Source: Bdellovibrionales bacterium (GTDB lineage: Bacteria > Bdellovibrionota > Bdellovibrionia > Bdellovibrionales > UBA1609). Taken from it: a DNA stretch of 64,000 nt. Positions 25,559-35,090 of this stretch are shown in pieces (the first letter of the stretch is position 1; each line of letters begins with the position of its first letter). Position numbers and translations under genes: made by a program. Under the pieces are notes generated by a model. It was not told the origin of the DNA. It did not search any database and saw nothing but the letters and a program-made list of their open reading frames with translations. Location of the stretch: positions 118,027 through 182,026 of the forward strand of contig JAYUKW010000001.1 in the NCBI GenBank assembly GCA_043764155.1. The letters run 5' to 3'.

Positions 25559-27526
25559 TTAAGCAGCTATTTTATCAAAAAGCTGGTGTTCAGTACGATC
25601 TATAATCATATTTATGTCTTCTTTAGAACCTTTAAAATTTTGTTGAACAAGGGTTTCTAATTTAGCAATTGATAATTTTCGTTCTAATAATAGTTCATTT
25701 TGAATGGCGTTAAACAATTTAGCTTGCTCGCCAAGAACTTTTTTAGCTTTGACCAAGGCTTCATTGAGCCACTTTTCTTTCAATAAATCGTCTTCAAATT
25801 TTAATGAGCTTAAGTTATGAGGCAGGTCATTATGTTTTAAGGATTGACCTATATGAGACCCCATTCCGACTTCAGAAATCATGTGAGAAACAAGATCTGT
25901 AGCCATTTTTAAATCTTCATATGCACCACTACTAAGTCCCGATTTTGTAAAAAGCATTTCTTCAATGGCATAGCCAGATAAAATCATTGCTAAATTAGAT
26001 TCGGCGATTTCTTTAGTTATAACTTTGATTTCTTTAAATCTAACTTGTGGATTTACATTTTGAGCATATCCTTCTTCGAAAATTATGCGTTCTGGAAGCT
26101 GACCAAATAAGGTGACACCGACAACGATATGGGCGGCCTCGTGATTCGAAATATATTTTAGTTGTACGTTTGAAAATGTTACTTTTTTGTTTTCGGAAGA
26201 TTTATCAAAAACGAGTTGATCTTGATAAATTATTTTATCATCAGAAATTAAACTAAAACTATTTTTAAAATCATCAAAATCAACCACCGCAAGCTTAGCG
26301 TTTATTTTATAAAGCTCTAAGATCCACGTTGGGACTCTGACGTCAATTACTTCACCAATTGTGGAAATTATAGGTCGTACACCTTGGGATGGAATTAAAC
26401 CATTCTTTAAAATAATTTTTTTAACGTTATTAGTAAATTGAATTTTAAGTAAAAAATTATCCTCAATGTTTTTTGAAATTTCGGTTAACTTTTTTTCAAC
26501 AATTCGTTCATAATCATGCTCTTTTAAATTTTTAAAAATAACAAATGAAGTGCCCATCCGTGCTACTTGCTCGGCTCTAAATCTTTTGAACAAACCTTCT
26601 TTAATATTTGAAGTCGTAATTTTTGAAACTTTGTCAGCAAGTTCATCTGGAGTTAAACTAACAGGCGAGACAGTTTTAATATTGCTAAAGGATTCATCAA
26701 TATTGCCTGACAGAATAATTAAGCACTTGGTAAAATCTAAACACAAAGTTTCTTTTTCATTTTTCTCTAATTTTGATAAAATCCATAAAATAACATCAAC
26801 GGGATTAGTCTCAAGAGCTGTTAAAAGTAATTTTTGTGATGCATTTGAAATATTTAGATATGGAATTAAAAAACTAATTTCAAACTCAGATGGACTGTAA
26901 GTATAACCCTGTTGTTGCATATTTAAATTTTTTAAAATATTTTTTATTTGGCCTATATTACTTTTAAACATGGAACTTGAGACTTCTACCTTACCAGTGT
27001 CTAACAGAGCCCAAAAATTTCTTAAACCAATCCTGTCAATTTCTTGTCCTCCGTCGCTTATAGTTCTGGCTATTTGAATCTCATCAAAAAGTAGGACTCC
27101 GCACTGGCCAGATAAATTAATAAAACTTTGAATTAATGCCCCTTCGTCTCGCTCTGCATAACTGTCCACGTATTTGCCCATGTCATTGCCAGTATAGAGA
27201 CTTCTTTTATCTAGTTTTGAAATTAGGCTTTGAACTAAGCTGGTTTTTCCAACCCCAGTCATTCCCCAAAGTGAAACAATGACAGGTCGTCTTAACGATT
27301 CTGGAATTAGAAACCAAGGTCGTATATACATTATAAGTTGATCAATTTGATTATCAATTCCAATAAATTCAGTTTTAATTTGTCGACATGCATTTTGAAG
27401 TAAGGCTTCTTTTTCTTTAATAATTTTTAAATCGTAATTTATTTGTTTATTTTTATCTTCAATTTTTTCCAATGATTGAACAAATAGATTAAAATTAGAT
27501 TTTTCATTAACTTTAAGATCTTCCAT
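25559..27526 (-). CDS. soluble Clp/Hsp100-D2-type AAA+ ATPase fused to FtsH-type M41 peptidase-like domain
   Basis: 655 aa; no TM. WGMTGVGKTS (Walker A), VLLFDEIQ (Walker B), LIILSGNIDES, FRAEQVARMG and QGVRPIIS resemble ClpB/ClpA D2. C-terminal NHEAAHIVVG (HEXXH) and GAYEDLKMATDLVSHMISEVGMG resemble FtsH M41. Confidence 0.65.
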   Translation of the reverse strand: MEDLKVNEKSNFNLFVQSLEKIEDKNKQINYDLKIIKEKEALLQNACRQIKTEFIGIDNQIDQLIMYIRPWFLIPESLRRPVIVSLWGMTGVGKTSLVQSLISKLDKRSLYTGNDMGKYVDSYAERDEGALIQSFINLSGQCGVLLFDEIQIARTISDGGQEIDRIGLRNFWALLDTGKVEVSSSMFKSNIGQIKNILKNLNMQQQGYTYSPSEFEISFLIPYLNISNASQKLLLTALETNPVDVILWILSKLEKNEKETLCLDFTKCLIILSGNIDESFSNIKTVSPVSLTPDELADKVSKITTSNIKEGLFKRFRAEQVARMGTSFVIFKNLKEHDYERIVEKKLTEISKNIEDNFLLKIQFTNNVKKIILKNGLIPSQGVRPIISTIGEVIDVRVPTWILELYKINAKLAVVDFDDFKNSFSLISDDKIIYQDQLVFDKSSENKKVTFSNVQLKYISNHEAAHIVVGVTLFGQLPERIIFEEGYAQNVNPQVRFKEIKVITKEIAESNLAMILSGYAIEEMLFTKSGLSSGAYEDLKMATDLVSHMISEVGMGSHIGQSLKHNDLPHNLSSLKFEDDLLKEKWLNEALVKAKKVLGEQAKLFNAIQNELLLERKLSIAKLETLVQQNFKGSKEDINMIIDRTEHQLFDKIAA

Positions 27527-27769
27527 GTTCTGTTTTTCGGAAAAAAGGGGTTTTTAGTACATGTGTATTGAGCTAAATTTTATAAACTGGACCTAAATCT
27601 TAATTGCCTTAGAGATCTATTATAACAAAATGTGTCCTGGTTTAGATGCACAGCTCCGTGGATCATCCCTGGACCTCAATAAATTATCTGGGTAGCCTTT
27701 TCTTACAGTTTGGATTTGGAACTTTGAGTCTTTAAAGTCCAATTCATAAATTTAATTTAGGCGGGGTTT

Positions 27770-28771
27770 ATGTTTAAAATAATAATTATATTTTTAACTT
27801 TTTGGTTGTCTATTGGATCAATTTCCGCCGAACTAAATATCAAATCAGAAGAAAAATCTTGGGCTGAACTGTCTCCTTCAAAAGAATTCTTATATCAAAA
27901 TGCTAAAACAATTTTAATTAGTCTGTCAGACTATTTAGAAATTGATATCAATTCTATTCATTCAAATGATCCTCTATTTAATGAAACATTAAAAAATAAA
28001 AATTGCTTAGTTAGATCTAAATCTTTAATTTTAGATTCTAGATGTTTAAGACTTATTAATACTGAATTTCCAGATGCATTTGAACAAATGGTTTATGATC
28101 TTGTTAGCTTTTATGATCAAGACACACCTTCTTTTGATGTTAAACTTTCTGCATCTGAATATTCAAAACTAGATAAAAATGAAGTTTTTGAAAGATTAAA
28201 AAGTAAGATTGATAGCTCAGTTAATGAAATCAACCCAATTTCAATTCTTTCATCTCAAGTCTATAATGTACTTTGGACTGTGCCGGGCTATGATGCGAAT
28301 TGTTTTGGTACGGCGTACACAGCTGTGACCCCAAATGTTCCTTTAAAGTACCGCGATTTATTATGGAGCAATTATAATCCCGCGGGATATGACCGCTATA
28401 AAATCAATGATGAATTAGTTTTTGGTGATATCATTGAGTTTGAAATTCCTGGTGATGGTCACGCTATTGTTTATGTTGGTACAGATCAAGAGGGTGAACA
28501 ATTAGTTTTAACTAAAAATGGATTTATGCCTTCTGTACTTCAAGTGATGAAGTACAAAGATGTGTATAGAATTTATGAAGTCTACAGCATTACAAAAGTA
28601 AATGTCTGGCGCTATAATTCAAAAAAAGTGGGTGGGTCTTCAACGATTTTATCAAATTCGAATGTGCCAAACATATTTAATCCCAGAAGTGGTTACGTCA
28701 AATTGTCAGTCGATGAATTGATGGCTAAAGATTTTGCTTTCAGATTTAAAAAGTGGATGACTTCAAACTAA
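27770..28771 (+). CDS. secreted protein with possible papain-like (NlpC/P60-type) Cys-His domain
   Basis: 333 aa; signal peptide; DANCFGTAY and, about 45 aa later, GDGHAIVYVG. Confidence 0.4.
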   Translation: MFKIIIIFLTFWLSIGSISAELNIKSEEKSWAELSPSKEFLYQNAKTILISLSDYLEIDINSIHSNDPLFNETLKNKNCLVRSKSLILDSRCLRLINTEFPDAFEQMVYDLVSFYDQDTPSFDVKLSASEYSKLDKNEVFERLKSKIDSSVNEINPISILSSQVYNVLWTVPGYDANCFGTAYTAVTPNVPLKYRDLLWSNYNPAGYDRYKINDELVFGDIIEFEIPGDGHAIVYVGTDQEGEQLVLTKNGFMPSVLQVMKYKDVYRIYEVYSITKVNVWRYNSKKVGGSSTILSNSNVPNIFNPRSGYVKLSVDELMAKDFAFRFKKWMTSN

Positions 28772-31014
28772 AACCAACCCTTATCTTCCACCACAAGTTC
28801 AATGTCATCTTCAGGTAAAGGAATATAAAGCTCTTTGGCGTCTTCAGTCAGTTTGTAACTTGAGAAGGATTCTGACGACACGCCTTCGGGCCAATCAAAG
28901 TCAGATGCCACCTGACCTAGGTTTTCTACCCCGCGCATATAATCCGCCCACACAGGTAAGGGTTGGCCAGCGCCAGATAATTTGCTTCCAGTGCCTTCGT
29001 CATAGCCGACCCAAGCTATAGCGACGTGGTCTTTTGAAAATCCAGCAAACCAAGAATCTTTGTGAAAACTAGTGGTCCCCGTTTTTCCTGCATAGACCCC
29101 TTGAAGATTCCAATGGCTAGCTGATTTTGCAGTTCCATACTTTAAAGTATTTTTTAACATTCCAATGACTTCAGCTGTTTGAATTTTATGTTCAAAGTCT
29201 TTTGAGGGTTCTGGAATAAATTCGTACACCACATCCCCATCAAATTTTTCAATTTTTTTAATAAAGTGAATTTTCTGATAGTCCCCAAATTGTGAAAGAG
29301 AACTATAAATTTGCAAAGCTTCTAAAGGGTAAAATTCAAAAGTTCCCAAAATCAAAGCTGGATAAGGTTTAAGTCTATCTTTAACTCCAAACTCTTCAAC
29401 AACATCAATGACATGATTTAAATCCGTGTGCTCTAGACCGATCCTAGCTGTAGGAATATTTAAAGATAACATCAAGGCTTGAAACAAATAAACCTGTCCG
29501 CCAAAGGCAGATTTGTCATAGTTAGATGGGGACCAGGTTTTTAATCCATCTTTAAAATCAAACGTATCATTACTGATTAAGCTTTTTGGATTTAATTCTT
29601 TGTCATCTATTAAAGCAGATAAATATACAAAGGGTTTCATTAATGAACCGATTGGTCTAAAATTTAATAGAGCCCTGTTGTAGGGACTTTTTCTAAAGTC
29701 GGATCCGCCAACTAAAGCCAAGACTTCCCCGGTTCTAGGATTAGCTGAAACAATTAAATTTTCTAATTTCCCTGGATTTTCTAATTTAGCTTTGAATTCT
29801 TTAATCTTTTTTTGTGCTACGCTTTCTGCAATTTTTTGATGATCAGGCGAAAGTGTGGTGTAAACTTTTAGCCCTTCGGAAGGGTCAATACCTTCGGCGG
29901 CTATAAATGAATTCACTGCATTTACAAAATACGGCGCTAAAAAAGAATCACTGCTTTTAGATCGAACGTCTAAAGTCTCTTGGGTGGCTAATTTAAAATC
30001 CTTTTTAGTGATCCAATCTAATGCCAGCATTCGATCTAATACGGCTTTAATTCGTAATTCATTTTTTTCTTGCTTGTGTGGGCCGTAAATTCCAGGACCT
30101 TTCACCGACCCAGCAAGAGACGCGCACTCTTTCAAAGACAATTGATTTATATTTTTATTAAAATAAAATTCAGCTGCCGCCGGAAAGCCTCGTACTTCAA
30201 AAGGACCATCTTGGCCCATATAAATAATATTTAAGTAATTTTCTAGAATTTTATTTTTGTCGGCCGTGATCTCAATTAAAATAGCCATCAAAGCTTCGCG
30301 CGCTTTTCGGATTAAAGTTTTTTGACTGTCTAAAAATTTATTTTTTATTAACTGTTGGGTGATGGTGCTTCCGCCTTCAGATAATCGACCGGCTTTGATA
30401 TTTCTAAAAAAGGCGCGACCTATGGCTTTAGGGCTAATTCCTTTGTGTTCTAAAAATCGATCATCTTCAATAGCTAAAATAGATTCCAAACAATAGTCAG
30501 GCATTTGCGAAATAGAAGTGAAGGTTTGTCTGACCGCTTTTTCGTCAATGAACTGGGCAAAAAGTTTACCGCCAAGTGAAAAGCTTTCGATAGATTCCAT
30601 TTTGCTGTCTTCAAATATTAAAATCTCTAAAATTTGATCAGGGCTTAAAACCAGAAGGCCACTTTGAGTTTCGCCTTGAAAAACAAGGCAGCTTGATCCT
30701 GATTTAGGAAGCTCGGTGTCAATACGTTCCTCACAAAGATTAACCGGTAAAAGTGTAAATTCCTTTTTTATGATGGGTTGATCTAACCCACGTTCTGTCC
30801 AGCCGCTCGCCTTGAATCTATTGACTAAAACAGTGGCAGAAATTTTTTGTAGACGCCGAAGTTCTTGGCTTCCAGTGTAAATTTGTACTGGTTGACTAAA
30901 CCAACCCTCATCTAAGCTGGCTTTAATGTCAGAATTGACTTTTAAGGCCCAGATAAAAATCAAGCCGAAAAGAAAACAGCCAAGGGATAATGCAAGGACT
31001 AAATACTTCTTCAT
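28768..31014 (-). CDS. class A penicillin-binding protein (PBP1A-type transglycosylase/transpeptidase)
   Basis: 748 aa; EDDRFLEHKGI and GGSTITQQL (GT51); GSLMKPF (SxxK), SLN, KTGTT (transpeptidase). Confidence 0.9.
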   Translation of the reverse strand: MKKYLVLALSLGCFLFGLIFIWALKVNSDIKASLDEGWFSQPVQIYTGSQELRRLQKISATVLVNRFKASGWTERGLDQPIIKKEFTLLPVNLCEERIDTELPKSGSSCLVFQGETQSGLLVLSPDQILEILIFEDSKMESIESFSLGGKLFAQFIDEKAVRQTFTSISQMPDYCLESILAIEDDRFLEHKGISPKAIGRAFFRNIKAGRLSEGGSTITQQLIKNKFLDSQKTLIRKAREALMAILIEITADKNKILENYLNIIYMGQDGPFEVRGFPAAAEFYFNKNINQLSLKECASLAGSVKGPGIYGPHKQEKNELRIKAVLDRMLALDWITKKDFKLATQETLDVRSKSSDSFLAPYFVNAVNSFIAAEGIDPSEGLKVYTTLSPDHQKIAESVAQKKIKEFKAKLENPGKLENLIVSANPRTGEVLALVGGSDFRKSPYNRALLNFRPIGSLMKPFVYLSALIDDKELNPKSLISNDTFDFKDGLKTWSPSNYDKSAFGGQVYLFQALMLSLNIPTARIGLEHTDLNHVIDVVEEFGVKDRLKPYPALILGTFEFYPLEALQIYSSLSQFGDYQKIHFIKKIEKFDGDVVYEFIPEPSKDFEHKIQTAEVIGMLKNTLKYGTAKSASHWNLQGVYAGKTGTTSFHKDSWFAGFSKDHVAIAWVGYDEGTGSKLSGAGQPLPVWADYMRGVENLGQVASDFDWPEGVSSESFSSYKLTEDAKELYIPLPEDDIELVVEDKGWF

Positions 31015-31114
31015 AATTCTTCCTAATGTGTTCTTTTAATATTTTAAATTTTCTTAAAAACCAACTATTTCAAGGTCTTGACAGAATTGGCTTGGACTCG
31101 TTTAGTGTTTATCT

Positions 31115-31390
31115 ATGAAACTATCTCAAAATCAAATTCAAAGATTAGTACAGCACCTTTTTACTGAAATAAAAAGTTCACCAGCGGTAGAGTTTAAGGT
31201 CGACGATGCCGTGATTAAATCTAAAATTTTAGCGGTGATTCAAAATAATATTGAAGAAGAAAGTAAAATTGATCAGCTTGTTGATGGCATGATGGATCAG
31301 CTTGAACGACAAAATGCGGACTTTCAAAGATACAAAATGTTTCCACTCTTAAAAAAGAAGCTGGCAGAACAAAGAGGATTTATTTTATGA
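31115..31390 (+). CDS. DUF507-family small protein
   Basis: 91 aa; paralogous to the next ORF; 4-nt overlap. Confidence 0.55.
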   Translation: MKLSQNQIQRLVQHLFTEIKSSPAVEFKVDDAVIKSKILAVIQNNIEEESKIDQLVDGMMDQLERQNADFQRYKMFPLLKKKLAEQRGFIL

Positions 31391-31659
31391 TTTCTGAAAA
31401 TAGAGCTTCTCATTTAAGTCATTTAATTTTTGAAAAATTATGGAATGATGATGTTGTTGAATACTCTGATGAAGGTGCGGCCCTAAAAGATTATAAACGT
31501 GGTTTAGATAAGTTTTTAAAAGAACACACGGATGTCGATAAAAAAGCAAAAAGCATGATTTCGTCGCAAAGCCGAAGTATTCTTGAAGGAACGGCTGAGT
31601 GGGAGACTCTTTATAAAAAATATTACGAAACTGAACTTAAAAGAAAGGGTATAGATTAA
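31387..31659 (+). CDS. DUF507-family small protein
   Basis: 90 aa; EGTAEWETLYKKYYETELKRKG, as I recall for DUF507. Confidence 0.6.
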   Translation: MISENRASHLSHLIFEKLWNDDVVEYSDEGAALKDYKRGLDKFLKEHTDVDKKAKSMISSQSRSILEGTAEWETLYKKYYETELKRKGID

Positions 31660-33122
31660 TGATCAAATTTGTATTCGCCGTATTTTTATCCTTAAGTGCT
31701 TTAAATAGTTTTTTGAATGTGGCCCAAGCTGATATTTCTTGGCAAGGTCGCTACAGAGCCTCTTACAATTATATTACTGATCCTAGTTTAAGTGGTGATG
31801 GTTCAGATAAAAATTATTTTTTACATCACTTGGTTTTAACACCTAAAATTATTTTGGCAGATGGGTTTGAACTCATTTCAACTTTAGATATTTTAAACAA
31901 TGGTGATTATGCAGTTGTTGGATCACAGGCAGGACAAAGTCTTGGTTCTGGTGGATCTAAGCCTGCAAATACTTTTTATGGTTCTGATGGATCCCCAGCT
32001 TTAGCAGATAATCAAATTGGTAATGTGCGTGATGCCAATATACGTGAATTTTATTTAGTTTATAAACATGCAGGCGGAAGATTTAAGTTAGGTCGTGCGC
32101 CGCTGCATTTTGGACTTGGAATTAATTTAAATAACGGCCAAGGTGCTTTCGACCATTATTTCGATAACAGAGACATGGTGTCTTACGAAGTTCTATTCGG
32201 TGGAATGAAGTTTCAGCCTTATATTGCAAGAATCACGGACGGGTTTAATAGCTCAGGCAATGCGGCTAATGAGCTTGGTTTGATAGCAGATTGGGATAAA
32301 AAAGATTCAGGACTTAAGCTTGGACTTTTGGGGCTTATTCGTCACGTGCCAGGCAGTTTAAATAATAATCAAGTCTCAACATCTGGAGCCGCTGATTTTC
32401 AACGATATGGTGTTTATGTTGAAAGAGTAAATACAAAAGATTCGGATTTTAGATACGCTCTCGAGCTTGGTTTAAATTCTGGAAAATTGGGATTAAATTC
32501 AACCGGTAAAGAAATCAAGTACAGTGGTTTAGGACTTGCTTTTGAAATGGATTATTTCACACCAGTTCGGGGTTTAAAAATGGGACTCAAGTCAGGTTAT
32601 GCCGCTGGAGCAGATGCATCTAAAGATGATAATTTTTCCGCGTTTGCATTTGATCGAAATTATGATGTAGGTATGCTTTTATTTAATCACCCAATGGGAA
32701 ATAAAAACTTAGACTTGTTTTCGTCGACTGCTTTTGGAAGGCAAGGAGCTAACTTTGGTTCGGGGTATCAACCCAATCAGTCTATTGATTCCGAAACTGT
32801 TGCAAATTCAATTTATGTAGCCCCATATATTTCATACGATGTTGATGCAAAATGGAATATCACTTCGTCTTTACTTTGGGCGCAGTTAGAAAATACAAAT
32901 GTAAATTCACCATTTTTCTCTACAACATCCAATTTAATAGTAGATCGAGATTTGGGTTTTGAAGTTGATTTCGCACTGACTTATAAACCATTCAAACTTT
33001 TAACTTGGGAGACACGTCTTGGTGGATTCTTCCCTGGAAAAGCGTTTGAAGGTGGATCGCAAAACTTTGATACTAAAAATGTGATTGGTGGAGTGTCTCG
33101 TATATCTTTAAGCTTTGAGTAA
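31659..33122 (+). CDS. putative outer-membrane beta-barrel protein
   Basis: 487 aa; signal peptide ending AQA; Gly/aromatic-rich alternating strands; coupled to the DUF507 pair. Confidence 0.55.
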   Translation: MIKFVFAVFLSLSALNSFLNVAQADISWQGRYRASYNYITDPSLSGDGSDKNYFLHHLVLTPKIILADGFELISTLDILNNGDYAVVGSQAGQSLGSGGSKPANTFYGSDGSPALADNQIGNVRDANIREFYLVYKHAGGRFKLGRAPLHFGLGINLNNGQGAFDHYFDNRDMVSYEVLFGGMKFQPYIARITDGFNSSGNAANELGLIADWDKKDSGLKLGLLGLIRHVPGSLNNNQVSTSGAADFQRYGVYVERVNTKDSDFRYALELGLNSGKLGLNSTGKEIKYSGLGLAFEMDYFTPVRGLKMGLKSGYAAGADASKDDNFSAFAFDRNYDVGMLLFNHPMGNKNLDLFSSTAFGRQGANFGSGYQPNQSIDSETVANSIYVAPYISYDVDAKWNITSSLLWAQLENTNVNSPFFSTTSNLIVDRDLGFEVDFALTYKPFKLLTWETRLGGFFPGKAFEGGSQNFDTKNVIGGVSRISLSFE

Positions 33123-33137
33123 TATTTTATTTCTAAG

Positions 33138-33239
33138 CTGTCTAGTTCACTCGTTGGCTTTATGGGCGGCATCGTTCAGTCCGCTTCGCTGGGACTTCCG
33201 TTCGCACGCCCAGCCAACTCGCTGGAACTTTTCTTTATT
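33138..33239 (+). repeat. GC-rich structured module G1
   Basis: Has 5' ctgtctagttcactc and 3' tcgctggaacttttc, identical (15/15 each) to the flanks of the module in the E2 apical loop. Internal stem: gttggct..gggcg / cgccc..agccaac. Confidence 0.85.
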
Positions 33240-33368
33240 GTCTAGTTCACTCACACCCACACGTCGAACTTCGTTCGAATAACGTGGGGCTCGTTGGAAC
33301 CCGCAGAGAGACTTCGTCTCTCGTTTGCGAGCCTAGGCTCGCTCCGGCGGGGAACTTTTCTTTTTATT
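33240..33368 (+). repeat. GC-rich structured module G2 (tandem to G1)
   Basis: Starts gtctagttcactc and ends ggaacttttc. Contains hairpins cgaac-ttc-gttcg, gagagac-ttc-gtctctc and gcgagc-ctag-gctcgc. Abuts the stop codon of the convergent gene. Confidence 0.8.
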
Positions 33369-34848
33369 ACTGTCGAACGGGTCGTCTTGTAGTGACCTGT
33401 TGAAAGCCTGGGCCAGCATCTTGTCCACGCTGAATTCCTTCTGAAGCACGAAGTGCATTTATGTTAACATCCCCACTAACAATGTCACCATTTGGAAATG
33501 CAGTAGGTGGTAATAACATCGCATTGCTTGGATCTAAGTTTGCTGTAGGGGAAGCCAAGTCAGTAAAGATCGAAGGTTGAATTCCAATGGGGTTTTGAGT
33601 TGTTACAGTCGGAACTTGAGTCGTAGACGACGCTTGTAGTGAAGTTATTGGCTGACCTTGCGCTATTTTCACAGACTCTTGGGCCCAGTAGTTAACTGCA
33701 AAATCAATATTTGTATTTGCTGAAGCTAGAGCTGCCGGATCTGCGGCTAAAGCAGTACTGGCTTGAGCTTTTAAACTTGCGCTGATGTTTGTTAATCCTG
33801 ATTGTAGCTCAATTAGTTTTGTACTTAATTGTGTCTGTGATAACTGGTCACTTGGGTTCAATTTTAATTGATTTTGTAATGCTGTGATCTCTGCAAGCTT
33901 AGAACTAATTAAGATCGCGGCCTGTCCATGAGCTTGAGCCCCATACTGTAAACCCAACTGGTTTCCTGTGGCTGCGTCAGCTTGACCAGCAGCTGTGTAA
34001 AAGTCATTGGCTGTTCTTTGTGTTGCATTTGCAGAGCCCATGTTGTCACCTAATTCGTCGGCAAAAATGGGAGCAATGTTCGCATCAAAGTAAGCTTTTT
34101 GATCTGCTTCACTTAAGCCTTCAAGTTCTGCCATATGACAATCTTTAATTTGATTGAATTCGGCTGGAACATCTTTATTTAAAAATGCAGATGTTGATGC
34201 TGGTGCAATTTCAGAATCTAAATCAAGGTTAAATCTTTGATCATCATCAGAGTCTTCAGAATTGGAACGATCACCAAAATCATGATCTAGTAAACCTAGT
34301 GCAATTAGTTTTTCTGAAACCTCAGTAAAAGCCACAGCTTTATCTTCACGACTTCCGCGTTCATTTGCTCTTTTGTATCGGGCGATTAGATCTGTCATTT
34401 GAAGACTGTCTTCTTGGCGAACTAAACACTGATTGCTTTTAGTTTGGTAATTTCTTAATGCCTGTCTGACATCATCAGTTGATGGTAAATTTTCTGGAAT
34501 CAAACCTGTAAATGTTCCGTCGTCAGAGGACTCGGCTTCGCCATCTTCAATATTACTAACTTCATCGCCGGCATTTTCACTTAGTTCATCAGCATCTTGG
34601 ATTCGCATAGGAGGAGTCGCAGCCGGAGGACTATCTTCAAGGTCTTCGGCATTATAAGTGCGCCCATTGATAATCAGTGTATTCCCGGAACCTTCAATTG
34701 ATCCGTCGACAGCGACTTCATTGGCAAGCTCGCGGTGTATTTTATCAGAGTTAAAAGGTTTCATAAAAAAAGAAACCTGAAACACGGCTAAGCTTAAAAC
34801 GGCGGTGGCTTTAAAGATACCCTTAATATACTGACTTATGTTTTTCAT
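33367..34848 (-). CDS. hypothetical membrane-anchored/secreted low-complexity protein (acidic N-half, Ala/Gln-rich C-half)
   Basis: 493 aa; N-terminal hydrophobic anchor; no recognisable domain. Confidence 0.5.
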   Translation of the reverse strand: MKNISQYIKGIFKATAVLSLAVFQVSFFMKPFNSDKIHRELANEVAVDGSIEGSGNTLIINGRTYNAEDLEDSPPAATPPMRIQDADELSENAGDEVSNIEDGEAESSDDGTFTGLIPENLPSTDDVRQALRNYQTKSNQCLVRQEDSLQMTDLIARYKRANERGSREDKAVAFTEVSEKLIALGLLDHDFGDRSNSEDSDDDQRFNLDLDSEIAPASTSAFLNKDVPAEFNQIKDCHMAELEGLSEADQKAYFDANIAPIFADELGDNMGSANATQRTANDFYTAAGQADAATGNQLGLQYGAQAHGQAAILISSKLAEITALQNQLKLNPSDQLSQTQLSTKLIELQSGLTNISASLKAQASTALAADPAALASANTNIDFAVNYWAQESVKIAQGQPITSLQASSTTQVPTVTTQNPIGIQPSIFTDLASPTANLDPSNAMLLPPTAFPNGDIVSGDVNINALRASEGIQRGQDAGPGFQQVTTRRPVRQ

Positions 34849-34902
34849 ACTTTTCCCCCAAGTATTATTTTAATCTTTATTACAAGAATTCTGCCAACTT
34901 AA

Positions 34903-34944
34903 GGCCATGCTGGGGGTTTTGGGTGTAAACACTCTAGACATCTG
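34903..34944 (-). repeat. partial G-like fragment
   Basis: The - strand reads cagatgtctagagtgtttacacccaaaaccccc; compare the G2 start ttgtctagttcactcacaccca. Confidence 0.35.
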
Positions 34945-35090
34945 AAAAACAAATCCAACATGAATCTCAAAATGAGACAGCCTAAAATAAGTGGGTTTAT
35001 TTGGTCGTGAAATTGACTTTATCTGACTGAATATAGATGAATACTACAAAAACAAGTGCCTTTCTGATTAAAAAGAATTAATGGTTTTCC

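Noticed and set aside
27527-27769. 243-bp intergenic region as a possible SRP/6S/other ncRNA
   Set aside because: I checked both strands by eye for the SRP GGAAG..AGCAG motif, tmRNA and tRNA features. I found no conserved motif or convincing structure and cannot support a call without a covariance-model search.
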